NCBI GenBank assembly: GCA_964016885.1
Contig: OZ024746.1
Coordinates: forward strand, 57,908,001 to 57,972,000
Length of the DNA: 64,000 nucleotides
Origin: Eledone cirrhosa
Lineage: Eukaryota
Direction of reading: 5' to 3'
In this document: one piece after another, positions 1 through 14,195 of the stretch
Layout: the number at the start of each line of letters is the position of its first letter
Position numbering within the stretch: the stretch's first letter is position 1
Made by a program: the position numbers and the translations under genes
Notes under the pieces: model-generated
What the model was told of the DNA's origin: nothing
What the model saw: the letters and a program-made list of their open reading frames with translations, nothing else
Database searches by the model: none

Positions 1-414
1 ATTATTGCTGCTTTCGAAAATAACCAAGTGTATTTTTATCATTATTGTTTTGAAATTACTTTCATCTTATCATCTTCCTTTGACAAGGCACCGCTTTTAA
101 ATTGTACATTATAATATAGTTTTCCTGCACTCATTTCTATTTAAAATTATATGCCCAAATGATATATATATATATTTCGTTTACTTAGAAAATTTAAGCA
201 TGTGCGATAAGAAGTTAATGACAAAAATATTATATATACAGAAATATTGAATAGTGCAAACAATTTGATGGGTTTATACTTTAGAATAGAATGCCGCTCA
301 TAAAAGTATGATGGAAGGTATTAATTTAAATATAGGCACTTGACATTTTTTTAACCAAAGAATCAGGTGCAGTTTGATGTTAAAAGGATTATTAGAATAG
401 CCACGTCAAGAACA

Positions 415-535
415 GTGGGTTGGCAGTATCGGTAGAGAGGCGGACACCATTCTTTACAGCATAGAGTTATGGCGCTTTACGGTCTGAGTTCAAATCCCGC
501 CGAGGTTAACTTTGCCTTTCATTATGGGGTTTGAG
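415..535 (+). mobile_element. tRNA-derived SINE, family S1, 3'-truncated
   Basis: TGGCAGTATCGG A-box-like, GAGTTCAAATCC B-box, then GAGGTTAACTTTGCCTTTCAT; matches the copies at 19.5-21.3 kb and 50.6 kb. Confidence 0.75.
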
Positions 536-594
536 GGCGAGGTAAGTCCTACGCAATCTGTGTTTACATGCTGTAACCAGGTCATCTTTCTTGT

Positions 595-900
595 TTAGGA
601 GTTGGTCCGTCGAAAACCGCATTTGTAAAGTTTCCTCCGAGCATAAATTGCACGGACGGCGTCCTCCCGTCTAAGAGTTGGCTCTGGACAGTAAGCTCCA
701 AGTGAGATCATAGGTAATGTTGTTATCCTTGAGGTCCCATATGTGGCCCGAAAGTGTAGTGGCGTGACGCCGGGCCGGGTTTCGGAAGGTATGTCTGTGT
801 TAGTATAGCCGGGTCTTGAAGTCACAGGCGGTCAATCCTATATAAGCTTTGTTGGAGGTGTCCGTCCTCACGTTGCACTGGTATATCACATCACGATCTC
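595..900 (-). pseudogene. possible degraded Tx1-like ORF1 remnant
   Basis: Minus-strand frames give GRRPCNLCSEET and GYTNTDIPSET, resembling GRRPRCVVCGEGT and YGTVDVFFET of the Tx1 ORF1 in this window; frame-disrupted. Confidence 0.3.
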
Positions 901-1615
901 TGCATCTGTTGTCGAGGGGGAAATGGATCCATCAGGACAGTTGCACCTCCTGGTCGGCTCTCCACTGCTTATAATTCCGTCCCACCTAGTAAACCTTTCT
1001 TTAGCCTAGCAGTACCAGTGAGAGACTTAGGTCGTAGTAACCAGAAATTGTTTTTTTTTTTTACATTTAATTACTTTTTAACACTCTCGGTATTTTTCTA
1101 TATTTTACGCCATATTGTTTTACTTATTGTTTCGACTTCCTCCCCCTCCCCCTCCATTGTATCTTCTTTGACCTCATGCCCAGCTGTAGTCGGCACTATT
1201 AACGCATGACTGGGTCTCCTCCACCCCTCTCCCTCTTTCTCCTACTGGCAGGTTCAGCTACCTCTTCCCTCCACAAATTGCCATCATAGAATTATTATGT
1301 CTCAACAACAAACTTTTGACCAATCCTTGTGACAATCACTTTTACCATATATGGAATTACCCCTTGAGAAGCTCGGCTATTCAAATACCAGGATAAAAAT
1401 GTTCATTTACTCCAGAATTAGCCGTCGAAACGGCTTGAGCTCAGCCGTCGGGGTCATACTCGTTTCTCTCTCTCTATATATATAGGAACCGTAACTATTT
1501 CATCACCACCGGAAGGTTAAAATACAGCGTAAATCATATGCAACCTAGTTTTAAAAATGAGTAGTTCGCTATGAGGCTGCTTAATCTTTTAGGGTTATAT
1601 ATATATATATATATG

Positions 1616-1714
<99 letters not shown>

Positions 1715-1780
1715 ATAGAGATATGTATATGTACATCTCTCTCTCTCTCTCTCTCTGTATATATATATATATATATATAT

Positions 1781-1970
1781 AGGAACAAGTAGGACCACGA
1801 CGGCTGAGCTCAAGCCGTTTCGACCGCTAATTCTGGACTGAATTAGCCGTCGAAACGGCTTGAGCTCAGACGTCGGGGTCCTACTTGTTCCTATTACGCA
1901 CTCTACTACCATAAGTATTGAGTACTTTGGTGCGTTATGGTCCATCTGGTTCCTTACCACATTTCCTTCG

Positions 1971-1972
<2 letters not shown>
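1781..1972. mobile_element. fold-back non-autonomous element, family P1, between (TA)n tracts
   Basis: ~53 bp imperfect inverted arms 1781-1892 plus an 80 bp unique tail; homologues at 1415-1466, 53684-53875 and 54629-54810. Confidence 0.8.
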
Positions 1973-2030
<58 letters not shown>

Positions 2031-4935
2031 GTTTCTTTTCATATTTCTCACGGTCATATTCCAGTTAAGTAGCCTTCTCGTTTAGTTCGACGATGATACA
2101 CTTCCTCAAATTGATAGTCACCGACCCAATGTTAGGAATAATCATTATTATGACTATTATTAATTTTATAATTATCAATATCCACTCATTAACACAAAGG
2201 GAAATAATATTTATTACGGCGTTTATTGATTGATATCACAAAATTCATAATTTATTTATTTATGGTTTAAAATATTGTAATGAAAAAAATTGATTCTCAT
2301 ATTTAAAGATTTAATTTGATTCATTCGATATGATAATTGAATTTTTGAAAAACTAATACAGTACAATTATGTGATTAAAATCAGTACTGTTTTCCTTGGT
2401 GTCTGGTGGAAACGCCAAATTGCTGGAGATAGATTTGTTGTGTTGAGTTACGTCTCTTTAGATTCAACTAGAGCTTGTGTTGACATCACATTGTTGCTAT
2501 TTTGGATGTTAGTCATTGCTTGGATTGGACGTCCGTCAATTACGACGAAGAAAAACCTGTCCACATAACGTGACTTTTCAAGGAGATTCATTGTGATGAT
2601 ATGCGTCAAGTTTGGCATTTAAATTACAGGTATCGGACGTCATTCCAAACAGTTTCCCTCTATTCAATTATTTTCACAAGAATGAGTGTGATCATAGGCT
2701 AGGAAAAACGTTCTACAAAGTTTTTTAACTTGGAAGGGAACTAATGATTTCGAAGCAAAGAATTCTTAAATATTTGACCACGTTGTCTCAACCAAACCTG
2801 GGAGAAAAAGGAATTCGAGTGTTGACCATCGGGTTTCTTTTGTAAATGGAAAATATTGCAATAATAATTTGTGATTATTAGTTAGACTTACATATAAAGG
2901 AAAGTTAACTTATTTTATATCAGCAAATCAGTTTTCTTGGAGATGGTTGATTGACCTGTCACATACTTTGCATACACCACTTATATACCTCATGCATCGA
3001 AGAGATCTAAACTAATAATGATTAAGTTGAAGTGGGGGTACTGTGATATATTTGAACAAATAAACCAGATATAGACGATCAATTTCTTGGTCTGAATACA
3101 ACCAAATTCACACAGAGAGAAGGAAATAGAAAGTCTATGCGAGAGCAAGTCCAAAAGAGAAACAGTGACGGTGGAGTAACAAGATTTATAAAGCGTTATC
3201 TCATCCACCTCTGTGCATTTTGCTTTCAAATTCAGTTGCATGACCGCGAAAAGCGTTAATACTTCAGCTAAGTGTTGAAAATAGAAAATAGTCTTAGTAA
3301 CAGGATGATAAATATAAAAGAAATATGCCTTGGTCTGAGTTGCCGATCAATTTCTGACATTTTCTGTAAATATAAAGATGTGTATTTAGTATATTGGATT
3401 CACAATCGTAACAACGAGCATGGCACGTTATTTTATTCATGAGTAAGACGCTTCATCTTCACGTTAATTTTACTTAAAGAAGTGGGGACCCTAGAAACTT
3501 CCAATGCGATGCAACTTCATTCAAGGTTAGTGAGGAGTGCGAAGATGTGAACTATATATGTTCTTTTCTGCGCCCATCCTCGGAAGCAACATTTTCTAAG
3601 TATCACCAGTGATGTATCCTTACACCCTTATTAAGGTAACCCAAGAATTGTTGGTCAAAACCAATTGATGTACTGATACTATCAGCTCGCCTCAGCCATA
3701 ACAAACTAAATTTCATCTCTGCATCTGCAAATGTTTCATGAAACTTCTCCTGCTCGCTCCTACAGGGATTTCTAGGCCTTAATAAAGGGACTAAATCGGC
3801 TACCAAGGTTGTTTTTCTTCCCACTCCCATAACACTCAAGGTTCCTTCAGCCTTACTAAGTGAACCTCCTACAATCAGTTGACATCATACTTACACTGGT
3901 ATGTATCTCATTCTCTACCAATTTCTCTAGTAGTCTTACATCACTTTCTCGTAATTTCCTCTGCGTCTGTCGGTCAGTTCTCCCAGGCAAGGGAAAACCT
4001 CCAGTAGAATGATCTGTCTTGTCACAAAACAAAAACAAAATAGCCAATGACTGTAAACATCATATATCAAATTTTGTGGCGTTGATATGAACAAATAAAC
4101 CGATTTATATATATCAAGTTACTTCACTGTCCGAGATAACGATGATTGGAAATAAGTGGATATGACATGAGAATAGAGGATGTTAACTAGAATTACACAC
4201 ACCCGACAAGGTCTATCTAATTCCAACGTCTCTTGTGTTTTAATTTAATATTTAATCATTTATCAACGTAATTTACATACCTCCGCATAGATGCAAAATA
4301 TCATTATTCCTACATTTTTAAACGTAAACACAAACACACACTTATATATACAGACTCATACACACACACATATGCGCAATGAGGTGGAGTTAAAAACATT
4401 AATATTGATCACAGCTTCCACGACGGCTTAGAATTAGGAGGAAGAAAGTTGTATCTCAGACAACAAAACATCATCACATCCTACTCAAAAAAGTCCGAAA
4501 AGGTACTGTAGCTTGACTGCAATATTTTTTATCAAACTCGAAAAGATGAAAGCTATAGCTTAACTCCCCGGAATAAAAACTCCTAGTGCAGACTATAGGC
4601 CAAGTACTTAATTTAGCTCAGGCAATTCAACAACAACAGCAACAACAACAAAATCAATATTTCTACTAATCATTTCTGCAATAATTAACACAACATAAAT
4701 AATATAAGTAATTTCTAATTAGTCCTGAAATTTGCGTGGGGACAAAAAAAAATAGTTAACGATCCTGTGCAGATGAATAAACAATCAGAGATTTCGACTT
4801 AAGGAATAAAAGGAGAGAAGCAACAACTAATAGTCATCAATAATAGAAGCAGTAAAAACAATAGTAAGAAGAACTAATACTACAATAACAACAGCAATTA
4901 TTAATAAGACAATCGAAATATCAATAACAATATAA

Positions 4936-5125
4936 TTGTTTCTAATTTTTTTATAATGCCAGCAATTTGAGAGGAAGGAGGGGCAAGTTGCTTAAATTGA
5001 CGCTACTGCGTTGCTGCTGCCTTATTTTATCGGTCTAGTAAGGATAAAAAGCAACACTCATATCGGCGGGATTTGAACTCGGAATGTAAATAATCGTAAC
5101 TCTATGCCGCAAAGCATCTACCGAT
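4936..5125 (-). mobile_element. SINE S1, degraded
   Basis: GGCGGGATTTGAACTC (reverse-complement B-box) and the S1 tail reversed. Confidence 0.6.
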
Positions 5126-5927
5126 AATGTCAACCCAGTGACCTAAAAATGTCAACGTAATTGCAAAGGACAAAAAACTGGTAGAACAACAGAACAATAA
5201 CTACAACAACATTTCAAAGAAAAACTAGAAGAAAAAGTAACGACAGCAATAACGACAGCAACAAGAATAATTACAATTACAAAAAGCAGATTAACGATAG
5301 ATACAACAACAAATATGACAAGAAAACAACATGGTTACAAGAGATTACCGAAATACTTTATATCAGTGGACGATAAAAGTTCCAGCAGCAGCAGAGATCG
5401 ATCAATAATAAATTAATCATAAATAAATGATTTGATAGTTGCCATAAGAGATAGATTAATTTAATTACTGAAACGTATTTGCAAAAGTAAAAAAAAATAT
5501 GACCAGAAATATATCCATAATACAACCATAAAATATATCTTAAAAGAAAAATATATCTAAAAAGAAAAAGAAATCTATGGAAACAACAACACTAAAGGGA
5601 AAAATCAACCAACAAGAAATACTACAGCTATTACTACTATTATTATAACAACTACTGCAAGAGAATCGGTGTGGAAAAAACTAATATTAATATCAAGTGT
5701 CACTTAAAGTTAGAAATTGTTAAAATCATAAAATCAATAAGCAGTCACCAGTGTCAATATTAAAGTCTGACATTATTGTGAAATATTGAAATATATCTTC
5801 GTACTATATATGTATATATATATGTGTGTGTGTATATATATATATATTTATGTATATATAAATCTATATATGTATATATATATATGTGTGTGTATATATG
5901 TGTGTGTGTGTGTGTGTGCGTGTGTGT

Positions 5928-6182
5928 GGAGGCACGTGGCCTAGTGGTAAGAGTGTTGGACTTACGATCATAATGTTGTGGGTTCGATTCCTGGGCTGCG
6001 TGTTATGTTCTTGAGCAAACACTGCATTTCACGTTGGTCCAGTATATTTAGCTCAAAATTAGTACCAGCAATGGACTGGTGTGCTATCTAGGGGGACGTC
6101 TTGTACTCACGGTCGCTTTCCGCCATGAAATCGGGATAAGAACTGGCCAAATGAGCCTTGTAGTTTAATGCAGACTTTAGAC

Positions 6183-6185
<3 letters not shown>
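5928..6185 (+). mobile_element. tRNA-derived SINE, family S2
   Basis: A box TGGCCTAGTGG, B box GGTTCGATTCC, followed by TTCTTGAGCAAACAC; related copy at 16245-16400. Confidence 0.7.
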
Positions 6186-6231
<46 letters not shown>

Positions 6232-6549
6232 CTCTGTGTGTGTATGTGTTGACGTGTGTGTGCGTGAGTGTTAATGAGTTCGACTCGCGAGCAGGTGGAT
6301 TATTTGGTATGTCTCTACCATAAATATGGGTTGACCAATACGCTTTAATTGAAATTCACATCATGGAATCTAATGGAGTTGGTCATTTGTTTGTATGTAA
6401 GCATCCACAAGTATAACGATTCGCAGAAGTCAGCCGATGTTCGTAAATTCTCCATGTGCTTGTCACTTCCGAGTTCTCTGTTTCCTGTATGTGTCCCAGG
6501 TGTTCTTTAATGATATATTGGTTGTAACTCACGGCCTAATTTTTAAATG

Positions 6550-6633
<84 letters not shown>

Positions 6634-9600
6634 ATACACACACTTTCTCCGCTTCTCTATTACTTCCTCTATATCCATATATCTATCTTTATTTGTCCCT
6701 CTCTCTCACTTCTCATTACTGCCCTACCCAATACCTTCTTTTCAAGCCTCTGTCCTATTCTTCAATGATACGTTTGCTGACCTGGTGAGTCCATTTGACT
6801 TGTCACTGCCTAATAATATTCGTTCCAGGGCGATCGCCCGAACTAACATGTATTAATTAAATTAATTTCTTCACGAGACCTGTTATTTTCGCACTTAGTA
6901 GAAGGTTATATTTACTGATGTACGAATGTACGGAGGTATGTATGTTTATATGAATATATTTTTGTATATATTCATTGTCACTAATTTTAATTTCAATTTA
7001 CCAATCGTTCGTATGTGTGCTTATCTCTATAATTGTCATTAGTGTTAATACAAGAATAATCGAAGGACTAACTTGATTTGACATATCGATATTTTTAATG
7101 CGTTATCGAAAACGTTATTCACGATCTACACATTCTATTATCAATATATGTAAAAATAATGAGAGCACATTCTATAAGCAATTACGGAGGAAAATGTTGA
7201 AGTCATATATTTAGAGACACTTTAATTTACTAGATATATTCCTTAATTTACAATTGGAAAAACGAAAGTACATTAATGATCTGATCTATTGATTTACATT
7301 TAATATAATCTTCAGGTATAGATGAAAATTGTCATTTTGCTTTTTATGCCGGTTAATCGGATTCTAGAGCTATAGAGAAACATATACACGTTTTTATCGA
7401 CGGAGGCTTGGAATACGCAGCGGAAGCAATACATAGATCGGTTCTGAAGCGTCAGCTATTGGCCTCATTATCAACATAAGCAAATTGGAAATCTTGTAGC
7501 AACAAATGAAAGTTTAGGACATATTAAATAATTATTTCTACATTTGGGACAAGGCCATCAATTACCCTAGTTTATTACTGGTATTTATTCTATTGATATA
7601 TTAAATAATGTGGTCTAAGATCAATTAATTCAGAAATCAAAAGGGTATACACACTTCTGGAAAATGTTGATAATTATATCACTGTTATATCACGCCCAGG
7701 CAAAACTTTTGAGTATATGTATTTACTGCCTATGGGTTTCTGTGGTAATATGTCAGTATAGGAAATCTATATAATATTGGTTTTCATATAAACTTACCAT
7801 CGGGATTCTTCAACTGGATTAAGAGAGTTTGTCACACGTCCACGAGTGTTTTTTACAGATAGCTCCACACGACATCCTAAGTATAAAGCTTATGAATTAA
7901 AATAATTGTGATTTAACCTACCACGGTGAGTCTCTACACTAATATGAAAATCATGAACATCTTTAGGATGATAGGAGTTGAACATCTTTAGGATGATAGG
8001 ATGATGGCTTTTGATGATGAGTATTCATTTATTCAATTAACTGAACCTCCAGCTGGTGAATTAGCCTCTAAATGGCTGAGCATGCTACAAACACGGATAT
8101 ATTTAACCTATTTCATAAGCCGAATCACTGTAACAGTGTATATAATGAAACTGGACCTTTGGGTTACAGGCGCTATATATCCACATACATTCTGTGCAAA
8201 GAATTTCTCATACGTCTTGGGGCGAACCAAGGCTAGGGTAAATGAAGCTTACTTGAGATGCCATGCAGTGAGATAGAAACGGGGAATTATTAATTGCCAA
8301 TTTAGTTTTTAATCATTCGCCTATACCCGCATCCTATATGAAAATATTATAATAGAAATATAAATTAAAGCATTTTTTTTATATTGAATATTCTATTTAA
8401 TATCTTATCTCACTATTATTATATTATTGGTACCGCACCGTGAAAACCTGTAGATATGGCCGATATGGAAATTTACATATTTGTTGGTGAACATAAAACT
8501 ACCGGTTCATTAAAAGTAGCTCAGAGTCAAGATCTAGGCTTTAGAAATATATTTCAATTCAAAATGTGAACAAAGAAGAAATTGACGACGCATTAAATGT
8601 CGTCTATGCTATTCTCTATTATCTAGTATCATCTATATAAACCTATATCGATAGTTAAACATATAATAATATGCTCTATTTAACTTTTCCTAGTTTTATA
8701 TAGATATGTGCTATCTGAATGATTAACGACGAAATAATATATAAAACGATAAGTTCCATTTCATTGAGAATAGAGGGAAGGCCAGTAAAGAAATTTCGGA
8801 ATTTATGATTAAAATCAAGTTTTGCAGACATAAGCGTAAATAATTGGCTTTTTTATTATATATTTTATGTAGTTATACATTTTATGTAGTTAGTTGTTCT
8901 TTTGTGTGTGTTGTTTTTGTTCATGCTGGCTACATAATATTGAATTGTGAGCTTCTATAGTTAACAGAGTTCTCATTACAATGCAGAACTCTTAACTACC
9001 TACAGTTTTGAATTCGAGCTGCGAAATATAATAAAGATATTATTTATTTATTCTTTTACACGTAAAAGTCTTAAGAAATTTTTGTCCTTATATTTCGTTT
9101 TTTTTTTTGTTGTTTTTTTGCGAAAGGAAAAATAATAAGACCTATATTTTTAGCTTTTCATAATAGAATACAATACAGACTATCACTATTAGTTGAGAAA
9201 ATAAAAGAAAACGCCATTGGGTAGAAGACAAAAAGATAAAAATGGAAAGAAAAAATAACAAAATTATTACAAAACAAAACACCAACTCCAACAATAACGA
9301 CAAGAACAACACTATCAACAATATATTCTTTGTATTCGGTTGGCCGTTGTGGACATATTCAAATGATGATTCTACTTACAATCATATTCTAAACCACAGA
9401 TTCCACTACGAAAGACAAATAATCGATATTTAATCAGAATTTCATTTCAATAACAAAATCATATAAATTCGAAATTAAACTAGTGAGATCAAAACTCGTT
9501 TTGTGACTCATGATTCCGAGAACATTTTTCGGTGAAAAAATATTTGGGGCAATTGACTTTAACATCGATTTTCTATTCAATACACAACACTTCAGTATTA

Positions 9601-10637
9601 ATAACTATCTCACTTCTTTTGTATGTTCAGTTTTCATGTCCCTCCATCTTGAATGAGTGATGAAAGAGGTGGAGTGTGGGGTTAAAGGAAGGAGAAATAT
9701 TACATATTTGTGGAGGGGAGGAGGTTTATTAAATGAGACGATGGTTTACACAAAGATATTTCAACCCACAGCCCAAACTTGCTAATATAATAAGTCAGTA
9801 TTTAGACATTTTTCTCTTTATGTTTATATACATACATGTATATATATACACAGATGTACACATATATATATATATATATATATATACTTTATGTGTGTGT
9901 GTGTCTGTCTATCTGTCTGTATGAGAGAGGGAGAGAGCGCGAGAAAATGCGTATAATTTGAACTGAATACACACACACAAACACACACACACATATATGT
10001 ATAGGTAATATAATATAATAAATACATATATTTGATATATAAAAGAACTACTTCGGCCGCTGACCACTACCTGACCGACCCCTTTTCACGCGCACGCGTG
10101 CTCTGCTAAATACCTCAGATATTCAAAACAACGAACAGCGGAGGACACGTTTCGCACCTTTCCGACAGACCCCCCCCCCCCCCCACCGGAAAAAAAACCC
10201 AGTTGATGGATGTGAATCCGAAATATATAGGGACAATTAAATCTCTCCCAAAGTAACTCTTTCTCGTGTTGTTATTTTTATTTTTAACTTTTACGCTCTT
10301 TCCTTCATTCCTCTACATGCTACAGTCCTATACACGCCACGCATATCAACGTACACCCACTTACATCTCTCTCTCCACCACCGGATCTTGTTACTCGGAG
10401 ATTTACCCATCTGCATTGTCGAGGCTTCCAAACGACTTAAAGAAATGTACCTTATTATTCCACAATGCTTCAAGCAAACTTCAATACTCTCTTATATATA
10501 TATATATTGTGTATAATACATAATATATTATACATAAATATAATTGTTTCTACTTTTTGGCACAAGGCCAGCAATTATCCCAGTACATTACTGGTACTTT
10601 ATTATATATATTATACATAAATATAATATATATATAC

Positions 10638-10686
<49 letters not shown>

Positions 10687-10689
<3 letters not shown>

Positions 10690-11289
10690 AGGTCACCAGT
10701 TGGTGCTACTGGTAACATGTATCCCAGTACAACCTGTCTCATGATCGGGTCGTTGGCGACTAAACTGGCAACCCCACCAAGGTTTCTTGGTGAGGAGGGT
10801 GACGTGGACATCCTGCAAAACTAAAAAAAAACTGTCAAAGGGCAAAGGAGCTCTTAAGAGTCAATTGCCATCCAAAATCACCGGGAGAGATGACCCCTTA
10901 GCCTTTGTCAAGGCAGAATTCTAGGAAAATGAGAACTCTGATATAACACCTGCAACCCTGATGGTATCCAATGATGTTTACTTGTTCTTCTTTTTGGTAA
11001 ATATCATCTTGGTTAAGAGAGTGGGACTGACTTTGTGCAGTGCCTTTGCTCACTATAAAAGCTTCACGGCACAGGCATTGCTTTATATCTGGAGATATCT
11101 CTGCACTTGTCGTCACAGGATACCATGGGCCCAGCACTATGTGTCAATAATTGTCACAAGTGTAGTAATTGTACCAGAGTTTTCAAGTCGCTAGCTGGAC
11201 TAAAAAGTCCCAGTCGTTCAGCGCATCGGTAGGGGTTCTCGTACATGGATATAAAGTAGTGGCCGTACTCGAAAACGAGTTGGCAGCCA

Positions 11290-11290
<1 letters not shown>
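10687..11290 (+). mobile_element. degraded LINE 5' region (RTE-like?) with a candidate HDV-like ribozyme remnant
   Basis: CCAGT...GG-GTCGTTGGCGA-CTAA-ACTGG arrangement followed by GCAACCC; bounded by (TA)n; no intact ORF. Confidence 0.35.
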
Positions 11291-11330
<40 letters not shown>

Positions 11331-11333
<3 letters not shown>

Positions 11334-11918
11334 TACCAGTGGTACCCAGCGTTGCACGGGATAAGGTATTGTGAAATATATAACCGCCTTATCTAAGCTT
11401 AGTAATGCCACAACCGCGGCTGGCAAAGAAGTAGGGGTCTGGTGGTACGTAAGTAAGCAACACTGTGACTTAAAACGTGGTGATGAAGTTGTGTGCACTT
11501 ACCAACTGTTTGGGGAATGAATGTGAGATTTGGCTTGAGCAAGGGTGGCTGAATAAACGGAGGCAGCAGACAGCCAGACATACAGACAGATATTATAAGG
11601 GCGCGTCATGGACGCAGAACGAATTGTAGGAAGTGACGTAATGCAGACATACTGACAGATGTTATAAAGGTACGACGTTATATGTATGTATCTATCTAAA
11701 AAGAGAAAGACTAAGAATGATAGAGAGAGATCGCTAAATCACCTAATGCGGTCCCTAGGGCATGGAAAATTCGAATTGTTTTTGCTCAGAACACTCCATG
11801 AAATGTAAGTATTGCATGTGTATAGTTTGAAAACAGTCGGCTGGCTGCTTCTCTAGTTTTAGGGATTCAAATTCACACACACAAAGATAGACATCCTCAG
11901 TTTTATACATATATAGAT
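11331..11918 (-). mobile_element. non-autonomous Helitron-like element
   Basis: Minus strand starts ATCTATATA, has internal ACAG repeats and ends with a GC-rich hairpin (CCCGTGCAACGCTGGG) shortly before a CTRR-like end. Confidence 0.45.
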
Positions 11919-11952
11919 TATACATAAATATAATATATATATATACTACATG

Positions 11953-11987
<35 letters not shown>

Positions 11988-12561
11988 TGTATATAATATA
12001 TATAATATGTAGTATACATAGGTATATGACCTAATCTAAATGTGAAATATCTAATATACATGATAGATAATATATGCGAGAACATGTGATGGGGCGTGGG
12101 ATATTGTTTAGATTATTGGACTTATCATCATAACGCCGCCGTCTCGTTAACTCGCGATTCTAAATAAACAATTTCATTTCGCTCTCCTCAATTGTACTCA
12201 ACTGAATCAGTATTCAAGTTAGTAGTATGTTGATAATGTACCGGCCTTCTCTCTGAGGGAATCATTCCAGGTTGCTTACCTCCAAGAATCTGGGATAAGT
12301 CCGGGCCTAATTGTTCTCTTGTCTTGAGAGATTTTGTCAAATTACAATCACACACCCTAACATGCACACACATACACACACGCACGCGCACATGTATATA
12401 TACACACACACACACACATATCATGTATAAATTATAAGTTTATACATATGTATATATATATAATTTTGAGTATGTGTTAGTTGTTTACTATCAATGAAAT
12501 ATATATAGCAGCGAATATGAATAAACGCAGCTATTATACCACTAATTTACACTTCTATGTT

Positions 12562-12603
<42 letters not shown>

Positions 12604-13112
12604 GGGGGGGGGGGTGCGCGAGTGTACAAACAGAGAGAGAGAGTATTTGAGACGTAGGTTATTCGAAACATTATAGCACCACCTGGCTAATTCTTTCGGT
12701 CTTTCGGGTTATTATTCGTCTTTCAGGAGCTGATATTTATAAAATACACTGCTTTTTCAGCTTTACTCTGTGTTTGGGATTTCCTTGATTTCTTAAGAAT
12801 TTCAAACTACTCTGCCCTTCACCTTTTCCAAGAAATATATATATAATCTAGAAAACAATTTGAGTATCCGATTGAAGTGTTTAAAAGTTTAAAAGATTCG
12901 TCTCAAATATATATATATGGCTGGTTTCTCTTCAGATTTGAGGTGAATTTTGTTTTGTGTTAACACTGGTTAGAGGATCAAGCAGAATTGGAGTCTGCTC
13001 TGGGATGGCACCACATCACGAGCCCGCTGCCTGCGCGACATTTGTAACTGTGTTAAACAATAAATCTCATATGTAACACATCTAGTTAAATATAAATATA
13101 TATATATATATA

Positions 13113-13922
13113 TAATAGGATATGTGTTCCTACACGCACAAGGCGTAAGGGATGCATGTATTGTCCAACCAAATGCCAATGTAGTGCTGCTAGTGATAGT
13201 GGCGGCCGATTTGACCTACCGCCCTCTGCCTCTATCTTTACTTCGGCCCTTGAAAAAATTGATTCCACTTCATTCACTCTCATCTCGGGAACAGTTTTGG
13301 ATAGCGCTAGTTCGTAATTTAAATTCAAGAATTTTATATTCTTCGAATGAAAAGAACCTTCTGACGAGAATCTTTCTTTGCAACGAAGGCCGTATGGTCT
13401 CCGTTTATTTTTGAGATTCGAAACCGATCGGTAAAGGTAACTATAGTAGGTAAAGTCAATTTTTTTTAATTTATTTTGAAACTTTTTCATTATTTGCTAA
13501 ACCTTGATTATATATGTTCTGGCTCGTTAATTTATTAACCTGCCATTGAACCACATTGGCATTTGGTTGGACAATACATGCGTCCCTTAGCGCCTTGTGC
13601 GTGTAGGAACACATATCCTATTATTACTTTTCTCCTCTATGTTGAGAAAATAATTTGGTCGTTCCGACTGCTGCTAGTGATAGTGGCGGCCGATTTGACC
13701 TACCTCCCTCTGCCTCTATCTTTACTTCGGCCCTCGAAAAAATTGATTCCACTTCATTCACTCTCATCTCGGGAACAGTTTTGGATAGCGCTAGTTCGTA
13801 ATTTAAATTCAAGAATTTTATATTCTTCGAATGAAAAGAACCTTCTGACGCTAAAGGTAACTATAGTAGGTAAAGTCATTTTTTTAAATTTATTTTGAAA
13901 CTTTTTCATTATTTGCTAAACC

Positions 13923-13927
<5 letters not shown>
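13113..13927 (+). mobile_element. Penelope-pLTR-like non-coding element (partial tandem plus inverted segment)
   Basis: 13194-13508 is repeated at 13669-13927; 13113-13190 is the reverse complement of 13553-13625; contains a hammerhead; flanked by (TA)n. Confidence 0.7.
13356..13438 (+). ncRNA. type I hammerhead ribozyme
   Basis: ACCTT CTGACGA GAATCT(40 nt)AGATTC GAAA CCGATCGG TA AAGGT: intact core, palindromic stem III ACCGATCGGT, predicted cleavage after A13433. Confidence 0.9.
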
Positions 13928-13975
<48 letters not shown>

Positions 13976-14195
13976 GGATAACAAATTATCGTTATAGGTA
14001 ATCCAGTTAAAGGTTGTGAGTACTCCGTATTTTGGATAGTTTTAGCGTACGGCGTTGTTTGACTCAACAAGAGGTTTCCTTGGGTAGCGAGTTTGGGAGT
14101 TCTTGGGAATTCCTATGCAGGTTAATCTGTCTTTATTACTGATGTTGTTATTTGAATGTTCCTAGTATATTACAAACACCGTGTATAATTTTAAC

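Noticed and set aside
3603-4047. Two adjacent minus-strand ORFs with coding-like composition
   Set aside because: No motif I recognise and interrupted by stops; needs a homology search.
5928-6000. tRNA gene
   Set aside because: A and B boxes are present but there is no acceptor stem or terminator, and it continues into a repeated SINE body.
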